IMG/VR virus record: IMGVR_UViG_3300046170_000220
Location: 1-56,809 of that record
DNA length: 56,809 nt
Direction: 5' to 3' (one strand)
Origin: a virus
Taxonomy: Duplodnaviria; Caudoviricetes
In this document: one piece after another, positions 47,149 through 56,809 of the stretch
Layout of the letters: each line of letters begins with the position of its first letter
How positions within the stretch are numbered: the stretch's first letter is position 1
Position numbers and translations under genes: made by a program
The notes under the pieces: model-generated
Seen by the model: the letters and a program-made list of their open reading frames with translations, nothing else
Told to the model about the DNA's origin: nothing
The model's database searches: none

Positions 47149-50008
47149 ATGGCAAGTACATATACAACTAATATTGGAATTGAAAAACCAGCTACCGGAG
47201 ATCAGTCGGGTACTTGGGGAGATACCACTAACACAAATTTTGATATTATTGACCAAGGGACAAACGGTGTAGCTGTTGTTACATTGGCTTCTGCTGGAAC
47301 TTCCGGCTCTCCTAACAGTTTAGCTATTTCAAACGGTGCGCTCTCAGATGGGCGCAATCGCTTTATTGAATTTAATGATGGCGCAGATCTAGGCGCAACA
47401 GCATATGTTCAGCTTGATCCAAACGATGCTGAAAAGATTGTACATGTCCGCAACAGCCTTTCTGGCTCACGCAGCCTTATTCTTTTCCAAGGAACTTACA
47501 ACGCCTCTAACGACTTTGAAGTAGAAAACGGACATGATGTTCTCGTAAAGTTTGATGGCGGCGGAACAGGCGCTACCGTAACTCAAGTCCTGTCTCAAGT
47601 TCAGATGGGCGGTATTACTTCTGACGGCGGCACAATCAAGCTGGACGGTAACTATCCTGTTGGCGCAACCAACGTGGCGTTGGGTGATACTGCGCTGGAC
47701 AGCCTGACATCTGGCAATCAAAATACTGCTGTTGGTAATGTTGCTTTAACTGCAAACACTACTGGCGTAAGAAACACCGCAGTGGGAAGTAACGCCCTTG
47801 AAACAAATGTAAGTTCTGAAGGCAATACTGCACTAGGTTATGCTGCCCTTTATTTGAATACTGGCGCGAGCAATGTAGCTGTGGGTCGTTCTGCCCTAGA
47901 AAACAACACCACCGCATCCCAAAACACGGCTTTGGGTTACCAGTCTTTGTATACTAATTCCACTGGCGCAGAAAACACCGCAGTCGGTTACAATACCCTT
48001 TACGCAAACACCACTGGTAACTACAACACGGCAATGGGTAAAGTTGCTTTAGACGCAAACACCACTGGCTCTTTAAATTCTAGTTTAGGTTACAGGTCAT
48101 TAAGCGCTAACACCACCGCATCTAACAACAATGCGTTTGGTGCATACGCACTTTTTACAAACACCACAGGCTCTGAAAACATAGCTATCGGCAGGTCAGC
48201 CCTAGAAGCAAACACAACTGGCACAGGCAACGTGGCGATTGGTCACTCTGCTTTGGATGAAAATACCACCACATCCAGCAACACGGCGGTAGGATACCAA
48301 GCATTATATACAAATGCACAAAACTTCAATGTTGGTTTGGGTCACGTTGCGGGATATGCAAACACAACAGGTTATATAACCGCAATAGGTTCTGCTGCAT
48401 TGCAGAATAATACCACTGGTACAAATAACGTAGCAGTTGGTGGATACAATAACGCATCAGCAGCTTTACGAAATAATACTACTGGAAGCCAGAATACTGG
48501 CATTGGTTATGGCGCATTGGTAAACAACACCACCGCAAACAACAACACAGTGGTTGGTTCAGATGCTGCGTATGCTAATACTACTGGTTCAGAACTTACG
48601 GCTATTGGCAAGGATGCACTTGCGTCCAACACCACTGGTGTAGAAAGCGTTGCCGTTGGGTATCAAGCTGGCTTTTTAAACACCACCGGTCGCATTGTTG
48701 CAGTTGGTAGACACGCTCTTAGAAGCAATACTACTGCTGCAGAAAACACTGGTATTGGCTATCGTGCTTTGCGTGATACTACGACAGGTGCTAAGAACAC
48801 GGCGGTAGGTGGTGACACACTTCTTTTAAACACCACTGGATACAATAATTCGGCTGTTGGTTATGCCTCTTTATATAACAATACAACGGGTTATCACAAC
48901 ACGGCTCTTGGTTATTATTCTTTGTTAACTAACTCAACAGGCCTAGTTAACACTGCGGTTGGTGTTGCGGCTTTGCAAACAAACTCCACTGGTAGTAGCA
49001 ATGTGGCTGTAGGTGCGGATGCTTTAATTGCCAACACCACCGCAAACAACAACACTGCCGTTGGTTATCAAGCTGCATATTCTACCACAATAGGCAGCAA
49101 CAATATCGCAATGGGCAAGCAAGCCTTGTTCTACAACACCACCGGAGGCAGCAATACAGCGGTGGGGCATAACGCACTAATCAACAATACCACCGCAACC
49201 TACAACACGGCTGTTGGTTATCAGGCTAGCTACAACAACACTACGGGCGTAGAAAACACCTCCATTGGTACTAATGCATTAAGACAATGCACCGTAGGAA
49301 ATTATAACGTAGCAGTTGGTCATGCTTCAAGCTATAACTTAACAACAGGTGAAAGAAATGTATACGTAGGCCGCAGCGCAGGTGAAGCAACAACAACAGG
49401 TTATTATAATACTGGTGTTGGCATGTATGCTCTTCTTGCTGCACAAACAACATCTGGCAACACGGCAGTTGGCTATCAAGCTGGGTCGGCTGTAACTACT
49501 GGACAAAACAATACTTTTATCGGCAGAGATAGTGGAAATACTATAACCTCTGGTGGAAACAACACCATTCTTGGACGCTACAACGGCAACCAAGGCAGGC
49601 CTAGACATCCGCACATCCAGCAACAACATCGTGCTGGCAGATGGCGATGGTAATCCTAATTTTTATATTAACAGTTCTGGCTTGTTTAGAGGGAAAGAAC
49701 TGGTAAACGCAACGCCGACATTTGGTGCGCATAATACTTGGGTTTCGTCAGGATATTCTTTGTCTTCTTATACTAGTGGAGCCGTATTCTATATTTACGC
49801 AACAATGCAAAATTCAGGAGCGTATACTGCTGTAATGATTGTCTTTAAAACGCCAAACGACCAATATTTTGAAATGTCAAAACAAAACAGCTCCCTTTTA
49901 GATATTCGATTAAATGGGTCTACAATAGAATTAAAGCAATCTTCAGGAGCTAATCAAGCAGGGTCAACAGGGAATATAAGAATTTCGTCTGCAGGAGGAG
50001 TCCACTAA
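47149..50008 (+). CDS. Tail fibre/adhesin with NTAVG..AL..NTTG beta-helix repeats; one frameshift near 49597 joins ORFs 47149-49653 and 49553-50008
   Basis: Dozens of 14-aa repeats; deleting one base in caaggcaggccta restores GRYNGNQGGLDIRTSSNNIVLADGDGNP. Confidence 0.8.
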
Positions 50009-50304
50009 TGGAAAATAACACAATACAAAATTGGTTAAGTGACCCATCTTCTGTTGACGAAAATTACGCTACTGCTTTAAGTGCAATAGCACCTGCGTTA
50101 CTTAGAAAGAAAAGAGATGAATTGTTGAACGAAAGTGATTGGGTTGTAATAAAAGAAATGGAACAATCAGGTTCTATTCCAAATTATACAGAGTGGAAAG
50201 TATATAGACAGTCATTAAGAGATTTGCCAGAAACTCAATCACCAACTATTAATGAGTTTGAACAACTGACTAATGTAACTTGGCCTACTAAGCCGTCTGA
50301 TTAA
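50008..50304 (+). CDS. Tail fibre assembly chaperone-like protein
   Basis: RKKRDELLNESDW...W..YRQSLRDLP...WPTKP. Confidence 0.8.
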   Translation: MENNTIQNWLSDPSSVDENYATALSAIAPALLRKKRDELLNESDWVVIKEMEQSGSIPNYTEWKVYRQSLRDLPETQSPTINEFEQLTNVTWPTKPSD

Positions 50305-50314
50305 GGAGTATAAA

Positions 50315-50557
50315 ATGGACGAACTAACAGCAGAACAAATCGCACAGCATTATACAGCAATGGGTCACAGCGTTGACCTCATCAATGCTATTATTGCTGG
50401 TGAGGCTATGGCAGACGATGATGCCGCAGATAAGCAAGATTGCGTTGACCGCAATGTTGAGCATCTTGAGATTATGGTTGCTAAAGATTTCTGGGGTTCT
50501 GAGGATATGACTGCGGCTAATGCCGCTATCACAGCAGGACAAGGTTATACAGCATGA
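50315..50557 (+). CDS. Small acidic protein
   Basis: AGGAG RBS; DSV/RNVEHL-like pattern. Confidence 0.65.
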   Translation: MDELTAEQIAQHYTAMGHSVDLINAIIAGEAMADDDAADKQDCVDRNVEHLEIMVAKDFWGSEDMTAANAAITAGQGYTA

Positions 50558-50778
50558 GTGAGTCAAACGTAGTTACCATTGCGGGTAAAGAATACGAAGA
50601 GTCAAACCTTGACGATCAGCAAATGTATCTGATTAACCAGATTCGTGACCTGCAAGCCAAGGCGGCGTCCCTTCGTTTTCAGCTTGACCAAGTTCAAGCA
50701 GCGCAAGATGTCTTTACAAACGGTCTTATCGCATCAGTAGAAGAGAGCGATGAAGACGAAGTTGCTATAGCGAACTAA
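50554..50778 (+). CDS. Small coiled-coil protein
   Basis: Coupled ORF. Confidence 0.6.
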   Translation: MSESNVVTIAGKEYEESNLDDQQMYLINQIRDLQAKAASLRFQLDQVQAAQDVFTNGLIASVEESDEDEVAIAN

Positions 50779-50784
50779 TGTCAT

Positions 50785-52713
50785 ATGCCATTCCAAAAGT
50801 TACAGTTCACACCCGGAGTCAATCGGGAAGTCACCTCATATAGTAATGAAGGTGGATGGTTCGATTGTGACAAGATCAGATTCCGTGCAGGGTTTCCAGA
50901 GAAGATAGGTGGTTGGGAAAAGCAATCCCAAACAAATAGCTTCCTTGGGACTTGCCGTGCGTTGCATCCTTTTGTAGCTTTGGATGGCACTGGCTACTTA
51001 GGCGTTGGTACAAACCTAAAATACTACATTGAAGAAGGCGGTGGCTTTAATGACATCACCCCCATCAGGCAAACTACAGCCGCTGGTGATGTAACATTTT
51101 CCGCAACGGATGGCTCTAGTGTAGTAACCGTAACGGACAGTAATCACGGCTGTTTCGTTAATGATTTTGTTACATTCAGCGGTGCTGCCACTCTTGGCGG
51201 CAATGTAACCAGTGCAGTCTTAAATCAGGAATATCAGATAACGTCTATAGTAGACGGCAACAATTACACTATTGAAGCAAGGGATGTTGCTAGTCTTGAT
51301 GCAATAACAATCGATGGGCAATACACCCCAACATTAATTGTTGCAAATGCATCTGACACTGGTAACGGCGGATCTTCAACTGTGGGAGCTTATCAAGTCA
51401 ACTCAGGACTTGACACCACTGTTCTTGGAACAGGGTGGGGTGCGGGGACATGGGGGCGTGGCACATGGGGTTCTGGTGCATCTCTAACTGTTACCGGAGA
51501 AATACTACGCATATGGAGCCATGATAACTTTGGTGAAGATTTAATCATCAATGTAAGAGACGGCGGAATTTTTTACTGGGATAAAAGCACAAGCTCGGCT
51601 CCTTTTGCCAGAGCTGTTGCTTTGTCCGATTTAGCGGGGGCTGATTCCGCCACCCCAACAATTGCTAAACAGGTGGTTGTTTCTGATAGGGACAGACATA
51701 TACTTGCTTTTGGGTGCGATCCAATCAATGACATTGGGACGCAAGATCCTTTGCTTATAAGATTTTCAAGTCAGGAAAGCCCAACGACTTGGCTGCCAAC
51801 GGTAACGAATACAGCGGGTGATTTGCGGGTAGGTTCTGGATCTCAGATTATAACAGCGGTTGAGACACGGCAGCAGATACTTGTCTTTACTGATGTGTCT
51901 ATACATTCTTTACAGTTCTTGGGGCCGCCATTCACATTTGGCATTAATCAGATTTCAGAGAACACAACAATCATGTCACCTCTTTCAGCTATCGCTGTTG
52001 ATGACATGGTATTCTGGATGGGTGCCGGAGAGTTTTATTCATACAATGGTCAGGTGCAAAAACTGCCATGCTCGGTAAAGTCATATGTGTTCAACGATTT
52101 TAACGAAGCGCAATCTGAAAAAGTTACAGCATCTATAAACTCTGCTTTTAACGAGGTTTGGTGGTTCTACCCAAGTGAATCATCTGACAATGTTGACAAG
52201 TATGTGGTGTTTAACTACGAGTTGAATGTCTGGTACTACGGATCATTGGCTCGCTCATGTTGGGTTGATAGGGGCATAACAAGAAACCCAATAGCCGCTG
52301 GCCTTGATGGTTATCTTTACCTGCATGAAACAGGCTATGACGATGGCAGCACAACTCCGGCCAGTGCGATATCAAGCTACATTGAATCAAGTCAGATGGA
52401 TGTTCAGGAAGGGGACAGCTTTGTCTTCATGAGCAGGCTCCTGCCAGATATCACATTTGACGCATCAACAGCGGCATCTCCGGTAGCAAACTTTACACTA
52501 AAGGCTAGAAACTACCCCGGTGGGAATTATCTTCAAACCTCATCCAACAACGTTACAAGAGCCGCTACTGTTCCAGTTGAGCAGTTTACTGAGCTTGTAA
52601 ATCTACGTCTTCGTGGCAGGTCGTTTGCCTTGAGGGTTGATTCTTCTGACATGGGAGTGTCTTGGCGATTGGGGTCTCCTAGGGTTGATATAAGGCCAGA
52701 CGGGAGGCGCTAA
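50785..52713 (+). CDS. Tail nozzle/packaged-DNA stabilisation protein (P22 gp10/T7 gp12-like)
   Basis: 642 aa, beta-rich; PEKIGGW, LLIRFSSQE, FNEVWWFYP, C-terminal RPDGRR; follows the fibre module. Confidence 0.7.
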   Translation: MPFQKLQFTPGVNREVTSYSNEGGWFDCDKIRFRAGFPEKIGGWEKQSQTNSFLGTCRALHPFVALDGTGYLGVGTNLKYYIEEGGGFNDITPIRQTTAAGDVTFSATDGSSVVTVTDSNHGCFVNDFVTFSGAATLGGNVTSAVLNQEYQITSIVDGNNYTIEARDVASLDAITIDGQYTPTLIVANASDTGNGGSSTVGAYQVNSGLDTTVLGTGWGAGTWGRGTWGSGASLTVTGEILRIWSHDNFGEDLIINVRDGGIFYWDKSTSSAPFARAVALSDLAGADSATPTIAKQVVVSDRDRHILAFGCDPINDIGTQDPLLIRFSSQESPTTWLPTVTNTAGDLRVGSGSQIITAVETRQQILVFTDVSIHSLQFLGPPFTFGINQISENTTIMSPLSAIAVDDMVFWMGAGEFYSYNGQVQKLPCSVKSYVFNDFNEAQSEKVTASINSAFNEVWWFYPSESSDNVDKYVVFNYELNVWYYGSLARSCWVDRGITRNPIAAGLDGYLYLHETGYDDGSTTPASAISSYIESSQMDVQEGDSFVFMSRLLPDITFDASTAASPVANFTLKARNYPGGNYLQTSSNNVTRAATVPVEQFTELVNLRLRGRSFALRVDSSDMGVSWRLGSPRVDIRPDGRR

Positions 52714-53009
52714 TGTCCAGAGGATTGGTAAGGCCGTTCTTCCCCAATGCGCCTGCTCAATACAATAGTGGGTACATGTCTGAGGTTGTCAGAGCTTTCT
52801 CTGTTTTTATCCAGCAGGTAAACAATCCGGGTGACTGGCGAGCAACGACACTAACGTTGACCAACCTACAGTCAGATGACTCTGGGCTTGAGGACGGAGC
52901 TGTGTTTGTGCATGGCGGAGTATTAAGAATACCATTGGCATATAACCCATATGTCAGAGGCGGGGAGGCAACTGGGAGCGTAGGAACCGTAACTGTCTCA
53001 ACCCCTTAA
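52713..53009 (+). CDS. Hypothetical virion protein
   Basis: Coupled; C-terminal ATGSVGTVTV resembles the repeats of ORF 46243. Confidence 0.6.
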   Translation: MSRGLVRPFFPNAPAQYNSGYMSEVVRAFSVFIQQVNNPGDWRATTLTLTNLQSDDSGLEDGAVFVHGGVLRIPLAYNPYVRGGEATGSVGTVTVSTP

Positions 53010-53024
53010 AGTGCAATTGAACTT

Positions 53025-53261
53025 ATGTCATCTAAGAAAATACTAGAATGGAAGATATTACCAAGATTAATGATGCTCGTAATGACAATCATGAGCTGGC
53101 GCGTAGTAGAATGGTTCATGACCTTGCCCGATCCAACTGCACCACAGGCTGGTTTAGTATCTGTGGTAACCGGGGCAATGACAGGGGCATTCGCTGTGTG
53201 GGTAAACTCGGAGAACAAACATGATACAAGCTCTAATAGGCCCAGTAACGGGTCTTCTTGA
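53025..53261 (+). CDS. Two-TM membrane protein (holin-like)
   Basis: ILPRLMMLVM...AGLVSVVTGAMTGAFAVW. Confidence 0.6.
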   Translation: MSSKKILEWKILPRLMMLVMTIMSWRVVEWFMTLPDPTAPQAGLVSVVTGAMTGAFAVWVNSENKHDTSSNRPSNGSS

Positions 53262-53616
53262 TAAATTTATAGAAGATAAAGACCAGAAAGCAAAGCTCGC
53301 CCATGAGATCGCCACTATGTCTGAGCGACATATGCAGGACCAGATCATGGGTCAGTTAGAAATTAATAAAGCTGAAGCCTCCCACAGATCTATATTCGTT
53401 GCGGGGTGGCGTCCATTTCTCGGCTGGTGCCTTTCTTTTGCCATGGCTTGGCATTTTGTTTTGGCTCCAATGGCAATCTTTATTGCCGGGTGGGTTGGGG
53501 CGGAGATACCTGAATTACCAACGTTTGACATGGACAGCTTGATGACCGTACTTCTAGGCATGCTTGGCCTAGGTGGTTTAAGAACAGTAGAAAAAGTGAA
53601 AAAGGTTACAAAATAA
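53221..53616 (+). CDS. Holin (3TM, GTA-holin-like)
   Basis: EINKAEA...FVAGWRPFLGW...LLGMLGLGGLRTVEK. Confidence 0.8.
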   Translation: MIQALIGPVTGLLDKFIEDKDQKAKLAHEIATMSERHMQDQIMGQLEINKAEASHRSIFVAGWRPFLGWCLSFAMAWHFVLAPMAIFIAGWVGAEIPELPTFDMDSLMTVLLGMLGLGGLRTVEKVKKVTK

Positions 53617-53664
53617 AGGTTTAAGTGGTACAATCTCCCAACGCAAATATTTGGGAGGCTTGAA

Positions 53665-54699
53665 ATGCCGCAACCACCTTTGCCTGTATCGATATATGAA
53701 GAGACCGCAAGGCTCTTTTATGATTGTGATAAAAATGTAGCTAGGGCTGCAAGAGCAGCAGGAGTTCCATACAACACATTCTCTTCTAGGGTAAGGAAAG
53801 CCAGAGAGCTTGAATTAATTAGTGATTCAGCACACGTTAACGCAAGCAACAGCAAGGAAAAACCTGACACTACTGTTGTTGTAAAGCCTGTATACAGAAT
53901 ACAGCAGCGTAACTCCAAGCCGGAAGAGACAAAAAAAGTATTAGCCATAGGCGATTGTCACGATGGGCCAACGATGCCGGATAAGACAAGATTTTACGCT
54001 ATGGGTAGGTACGCAAGGACAACAGGTTGACCAGAATTATTCAGATTGGTGACTTTGCAAGCGTTGACTCCCTCAATAGATTTGACGAAACGAACACTGA
54101 AAGGGCAAGCAAAAGCCCTCATTTGGGCAGGACATGAAAAGCTTCCAAGAGGCTATCAAGAGCATTCCACAAAGGGCTTAGACGGCTATGATGTGCCGAA
54201 GCATGTAACCCTTGGAAATCATGAAGACAGAATCTGGTCATATACCAACAAAAATCCTGAAATAGTTGACTATGCTTGATCAAATACTTGTTTGCTACCA
54301 TGGATGACTATAATTGGACTTACTCTCCATATGGTGAGTTTTATTTTATGGTGATGTTGGGTTTACTCATGCTCCCTTAAATCATGGGTAAGGCATATGG
54401 CGGAATGCATGCTCGAGAATCAAATAGCTAGAGACGCTCTGCATGATGTTGTCTTGGGCATACTCACAAAAGATTAGACAAGACCTTCCCAAAGATGGGT
54501 AATCAGTTCTGTAAACATAATCAATTTGGGTACTAGTCTACCGGAGGGACACATAGAAGAGTATGCTAAACATACATTAACTGGATGGTCATATGGGGTC
54601 TACGACATCCAGATAAAAGATGGTAAAATAGACGAAAGAACGTGGATACCAATGAACAATCTTATTGAACGTTATGGTGAAGGATATGCGGGAGATTAA
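53665..54699 (+). pseudogene. HTH plus calcineurin-like metallophosphoesterase, multiply frameshifted (probably sequencing error)
   Basis: Motifs IGDCHD, IQIGDFA, LGNHEDR, FTHAP and GHTH occur in order but in different frames. Confidence 0.7.
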
Positions 54700-55096
54700 C
54701 AAAATCATTATACACTGCGCTGACACTCCAGAAGGCAGGGATGTAAAAACCAAAGAGATCAAGCGCTGGCACACTGAAGAGCGTGGCTGGAGTGACATTG
54801 GATATCATTGGGTTATTGAGCTTGATGGCTCATTACATGAAGGCAGGCCTGAATCTGTTAGTGGCGCTCATTGTAAGGGGCATAACTCTACTAGCATTGG
54901 GGTGTGCTATGTTGGTGGTTCTGACACTGACGGAAATCCTAAAGACACACGCACGGAAGCGCAAACCGAGACGATGAATAAATTAATGAAAGACCTGTTG
55001 GACAGATATACTGAGGCCGAAGTATTCGGTCATAGGGACTTCTCTGAAAAAGCCTGTCCTTCTTTTGACGCTAAAACAGAATATGCAGGATATTAA
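54686..55096 (+). CDS. N-acetylmuramoyl-L-alanine amidase endolysin (T7 lysozyme-like)
   Basis: IIIHCADT, WSDIGYH, GAHCKGHN, GHRDF..KACPSF. Confidence 0.92.
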   Translation: MREINKIIIHCADTPEGRDVKTKEIKRWHTEERGWSDIGYHWVIELDGSLHEGRPESVSGAHCKGHNSTSIGVCYVGGSDTDGNPKDTRTEAQTETMNKLMKDLLDRYTEAEVFGHRDFSEKACPSFDAKTEYAGY

Positions 55097-55106
55097 GGAG
55101 TAAGAC

Positions 55107-56279
55107 ATGCTGCCATTGTTATTAGGATTAGGCGGAAGCGCCATGGCTGGAGCTGGAATGCTTGGCGGCATGGGCGCTCTAACCGCTGGCGCTCTTGGCT
55201 CAGGCCTTGGCTCCTTTGTTGAAACTGGGGATCTTGGCAAAGGCATTGCCACAGGCCTTACATCCTACTTCGGTGGCAAGATGCTTGGCTCCGCCTTTGG
55301 TGGAGGAGCGGATCAAGCGGTAACAGGCCAAGCAACAACAACTCCGGGACTTCAACAGGGATTAGGTCCGCCAGCTTTAAATACAGGAACAATGACGGCG
55401 GCAGAATTAGCAAGTCCAGCATCATTGATGGATCAACAGTTAACCACAAGTGTTATAAACCCATCCAGTTCGGTCCTTCAAACACCACCTCCAGACAGTG
55501 CTGGATTTTTCACAAAGACAGCATTTGATCCCACCAAGGGTGCTGACCTAGGTGGCAGTATGACTGGCGCATTTACTAATTCACAGGTAATGCCGTACAC
55601 TCTTGGCGCTGCTGGTACTACAGCACTGTCAGATCCAAGCACAGCACAGGCATTAGGCCTTATGCCTAAGCCGTATGAGAAGCCAAAAGCTCCAGACATA
55701 CCAGAGTCTGACGCTCCAGAGGACAACATAAGATTCCCCGGATCTGATTATCGTCCGGGCCAGTCCCCAGAGTTTGACTACGGATTTAGCATGTCTAAAT
55801 CTGGTGGCTTGATGTCCCTTAAAGAAGGGGGCGAGACTAGTGAAGGAGAGGTCTCTGGGTTAAACGATAAAGAAATTATCTCAAAGGCCGTAGACGCGAT
55901 TCAGGGCGTCTCTGACAGCCCTCAAGAGGATCTTGGTATATTCCTAGCTAAATTTGGTGAAAGCGCTCTGAGAGACCTTGTAGACCGCGTATCGTCAGGA
56001 GAGCTTGGTGACACGGCGGCACGTTCAGAAGGCGCTGTGCGTGGCCCCGGAGATGGAATGAGTGACATGATCCCAGCAACACTAGAGGGTGAGCAGGATG
56101 TAGTCCTTTCTGATGGTGAGTTCATTGTGCCAGCAGACGTAGTGAGTGGGCTAGGTAACGGTTCATCAGACGCTGGCTCAAAAGCCCTGTATGAAATGAT
56201 GGACCGCGTAAGAGAGATGCGTACTGGAACAACTGAGCAGCCTGACGGTGTACCTCTAACTGAAATGATGCCAGCATGA
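55107..56279 (+). CDS. Internal virion protein with a G/A-rich N-terminus and a C-terminal GPG..SD.IPA..LSDGEF domain
   Basis: VRGPGDGMSDMIPA...LSDGEFIVPADVV resembles the motif near tape-measure C-termini. Confidence 0.65.
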   Translation: MLPLLLGLGGSAMAGAGMLGGMGALTAGALGSGLGSFVETGDLGKGIATGLTSYFGGKMLGSAFGGGADQAVTGQATTTPGLQQGLGPPALNTGTMTAAELASPASLMDQQLTTSVINPSSSVLQTPPPDSAGFFTKTAFDPTKGADLGGSMTGAFTNSQVMPYTLGAAGTTALSDPSTAQALGLMPKPYEKPKAPDIPESDAPEDNIRFPGSDYRPGQSPEFDYGFSMSKSGGLMSLKEGGETSEGEVSGLNDKEIISKAVDAIQGVSDSPQEDLGIFLAKFGESALRDLVDRVSSGELGDTAARSEGAVRGPGDGMSDMIPATLEGEQDVVLSDGEFIVPADVVSGLGNGSSDAGSKALYEMMDRVREMRTGTTEQPDGVPLTEMMPA

Positions 56280-56809
56280 TTTTCTCAGCCGTTCCTTCAG
56301 AGGCTATAAACCTAGTGTGGGAAGATGTCTTCCCCCTTTTGGGTCCAGCTTTACGGACTGCTGAGGGGAAGTTCCACATTGATGATGTGTATAGAATGAT
56401 ACAGTCAGGACAATACACACTATGGGTTGTTGTCGAAGATGATAAATATATAGCAGCCCTCACAACTAGGGTTTTGGAATATCCATCACGCAGGGCCGTA
56501 GCTATTGATTGGCTTGGCGGAAAAAGAATGAATGAGTGGCTGCCTATAGCTATGGAAACCGTAAAGAAGTACGCAAAAGATATTAATTGCAAACACCTTG
56601 AGGGATATGGCCGTAAGGCTTGGGGCAGGGTATTGGAAAAGCACAACTGGGAGCCAGAATATATTGCTTATAGAATGGAGTTGAGCGATGGGTAAAGGCG
56701 GCGGATCACCACCCCCTAGCAGTTCTACAGTTACGCAGACTAATCTGCCTGAATATGTAGAGCCGTATTTTAAAAGGCTTCTTGAGCGTACAGAATCAGA
56801 AAGCAAGCG
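56246..56809. repeat. Direct terminal repeat, right copy
   Basis: Starts cggtgtacctctaactgaaa like position 1; duplicated ORFs in the track. Confidence 0.97.
56276..56695 (+). CDS. Duplicate of ORF 31..450 within the terminal repeat
   Basis: Identical translation. Confidence 0.6.
   Translation: MIFSAVPSEAINLVWEDVFPLLGPALRTAEGKFHIDDVYRMIQSGQYTLWVVVEDDKYIAALTTRVLEYPSRRAVAIDWLGGKRMNEWLPIAMETVKKYAKDINCKHLEGYGRKAWGRVLEKHNWEPEYIAYRMELSDG

Larger units (their letters stand above)
1..56809. mobile_element. Complete tailed dsDNA bacteriophage genome (podovirus-like), probable alphaproteobacterial host
   Basis: Terminase, portal, capsid, tail, lysis and primase-helicase genes; terminal redundancy; no host housekeeping genes. 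Confidence 0.95.

Noticed and set aside
47700-49580. Recurring aacaccac.g units as a CRISPR array or DGR repeats
   Set aside because: They encode in-frame NTTG/NTTA protein repeats with synonymous variation; there is no constant repeat-spacer structure or template/variable pair.
49553-49653. Programmed frameshift or phase variation in the tail fibre
   Set aside because: A single extra base with no slippery heptamer or repeat tract; no invertase or reverse transcriptase in the genome.
53665-54699. Metallophosphoesterase split into several real genes
   Set aside because: Catalytic motifs are collinear across frames, indicating one gene with indel errors.

Overview
The window is an apparently complete tailed dsDNA phage genome. 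The unit length is 56,245 bp, and positions 1-564 are repeated at 56246-56809. Organisation is podovirus-like. A rightward morphogenesis and lysis region runs from terS (27929) through terL, portal, GroES, scaffold, major capsid, many small basic proteins, tail adaptor/tubular proteins, tail fibre, holins and amidase. It wraps through the repeat into the ejection proteins, which include an SLT transglycosylase protein and a giant polyvalent protein. There is also a leftward recombination operon (Cas4-like nuclease, Sak-like annealase, SSB, AlpA), a rightward replication block (RusA, primase-helicase) and a leftward early operon (AAA ATPase plus VWA-metallopeptidase, HNH). I recognised no integrase, DNA polymerase, RNA polymerase, tRNA or CRISPR array. 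Alphaproteobacterial-type LexA boxes suggest an alphaproteobacterial host. Several genes near both ends are frameshifted, probably from long-read errors. Main observations: (1) two canonical type I hammerhead ribozymes with covarying pseudoknots, plus a third variant one, sit between consecutive early genes and would cut the early transcript into single-gene RNAs with ligatable ends; (2) the giant virion protein looks like a metallopeptidase-led polyprotein whose effector-like domains are separated by a recurring K-[YF]-S-[VI]-A-R motif; (3) a genome-wide 16-bp palindromic operator, SOS boxes, two ACTAGT arrays, a pseudoknotted intergenic RNA, and an x-x-x-G-G motif shared by many late proteins. 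All protein family calls come from motif recognition by eye, not database searches.
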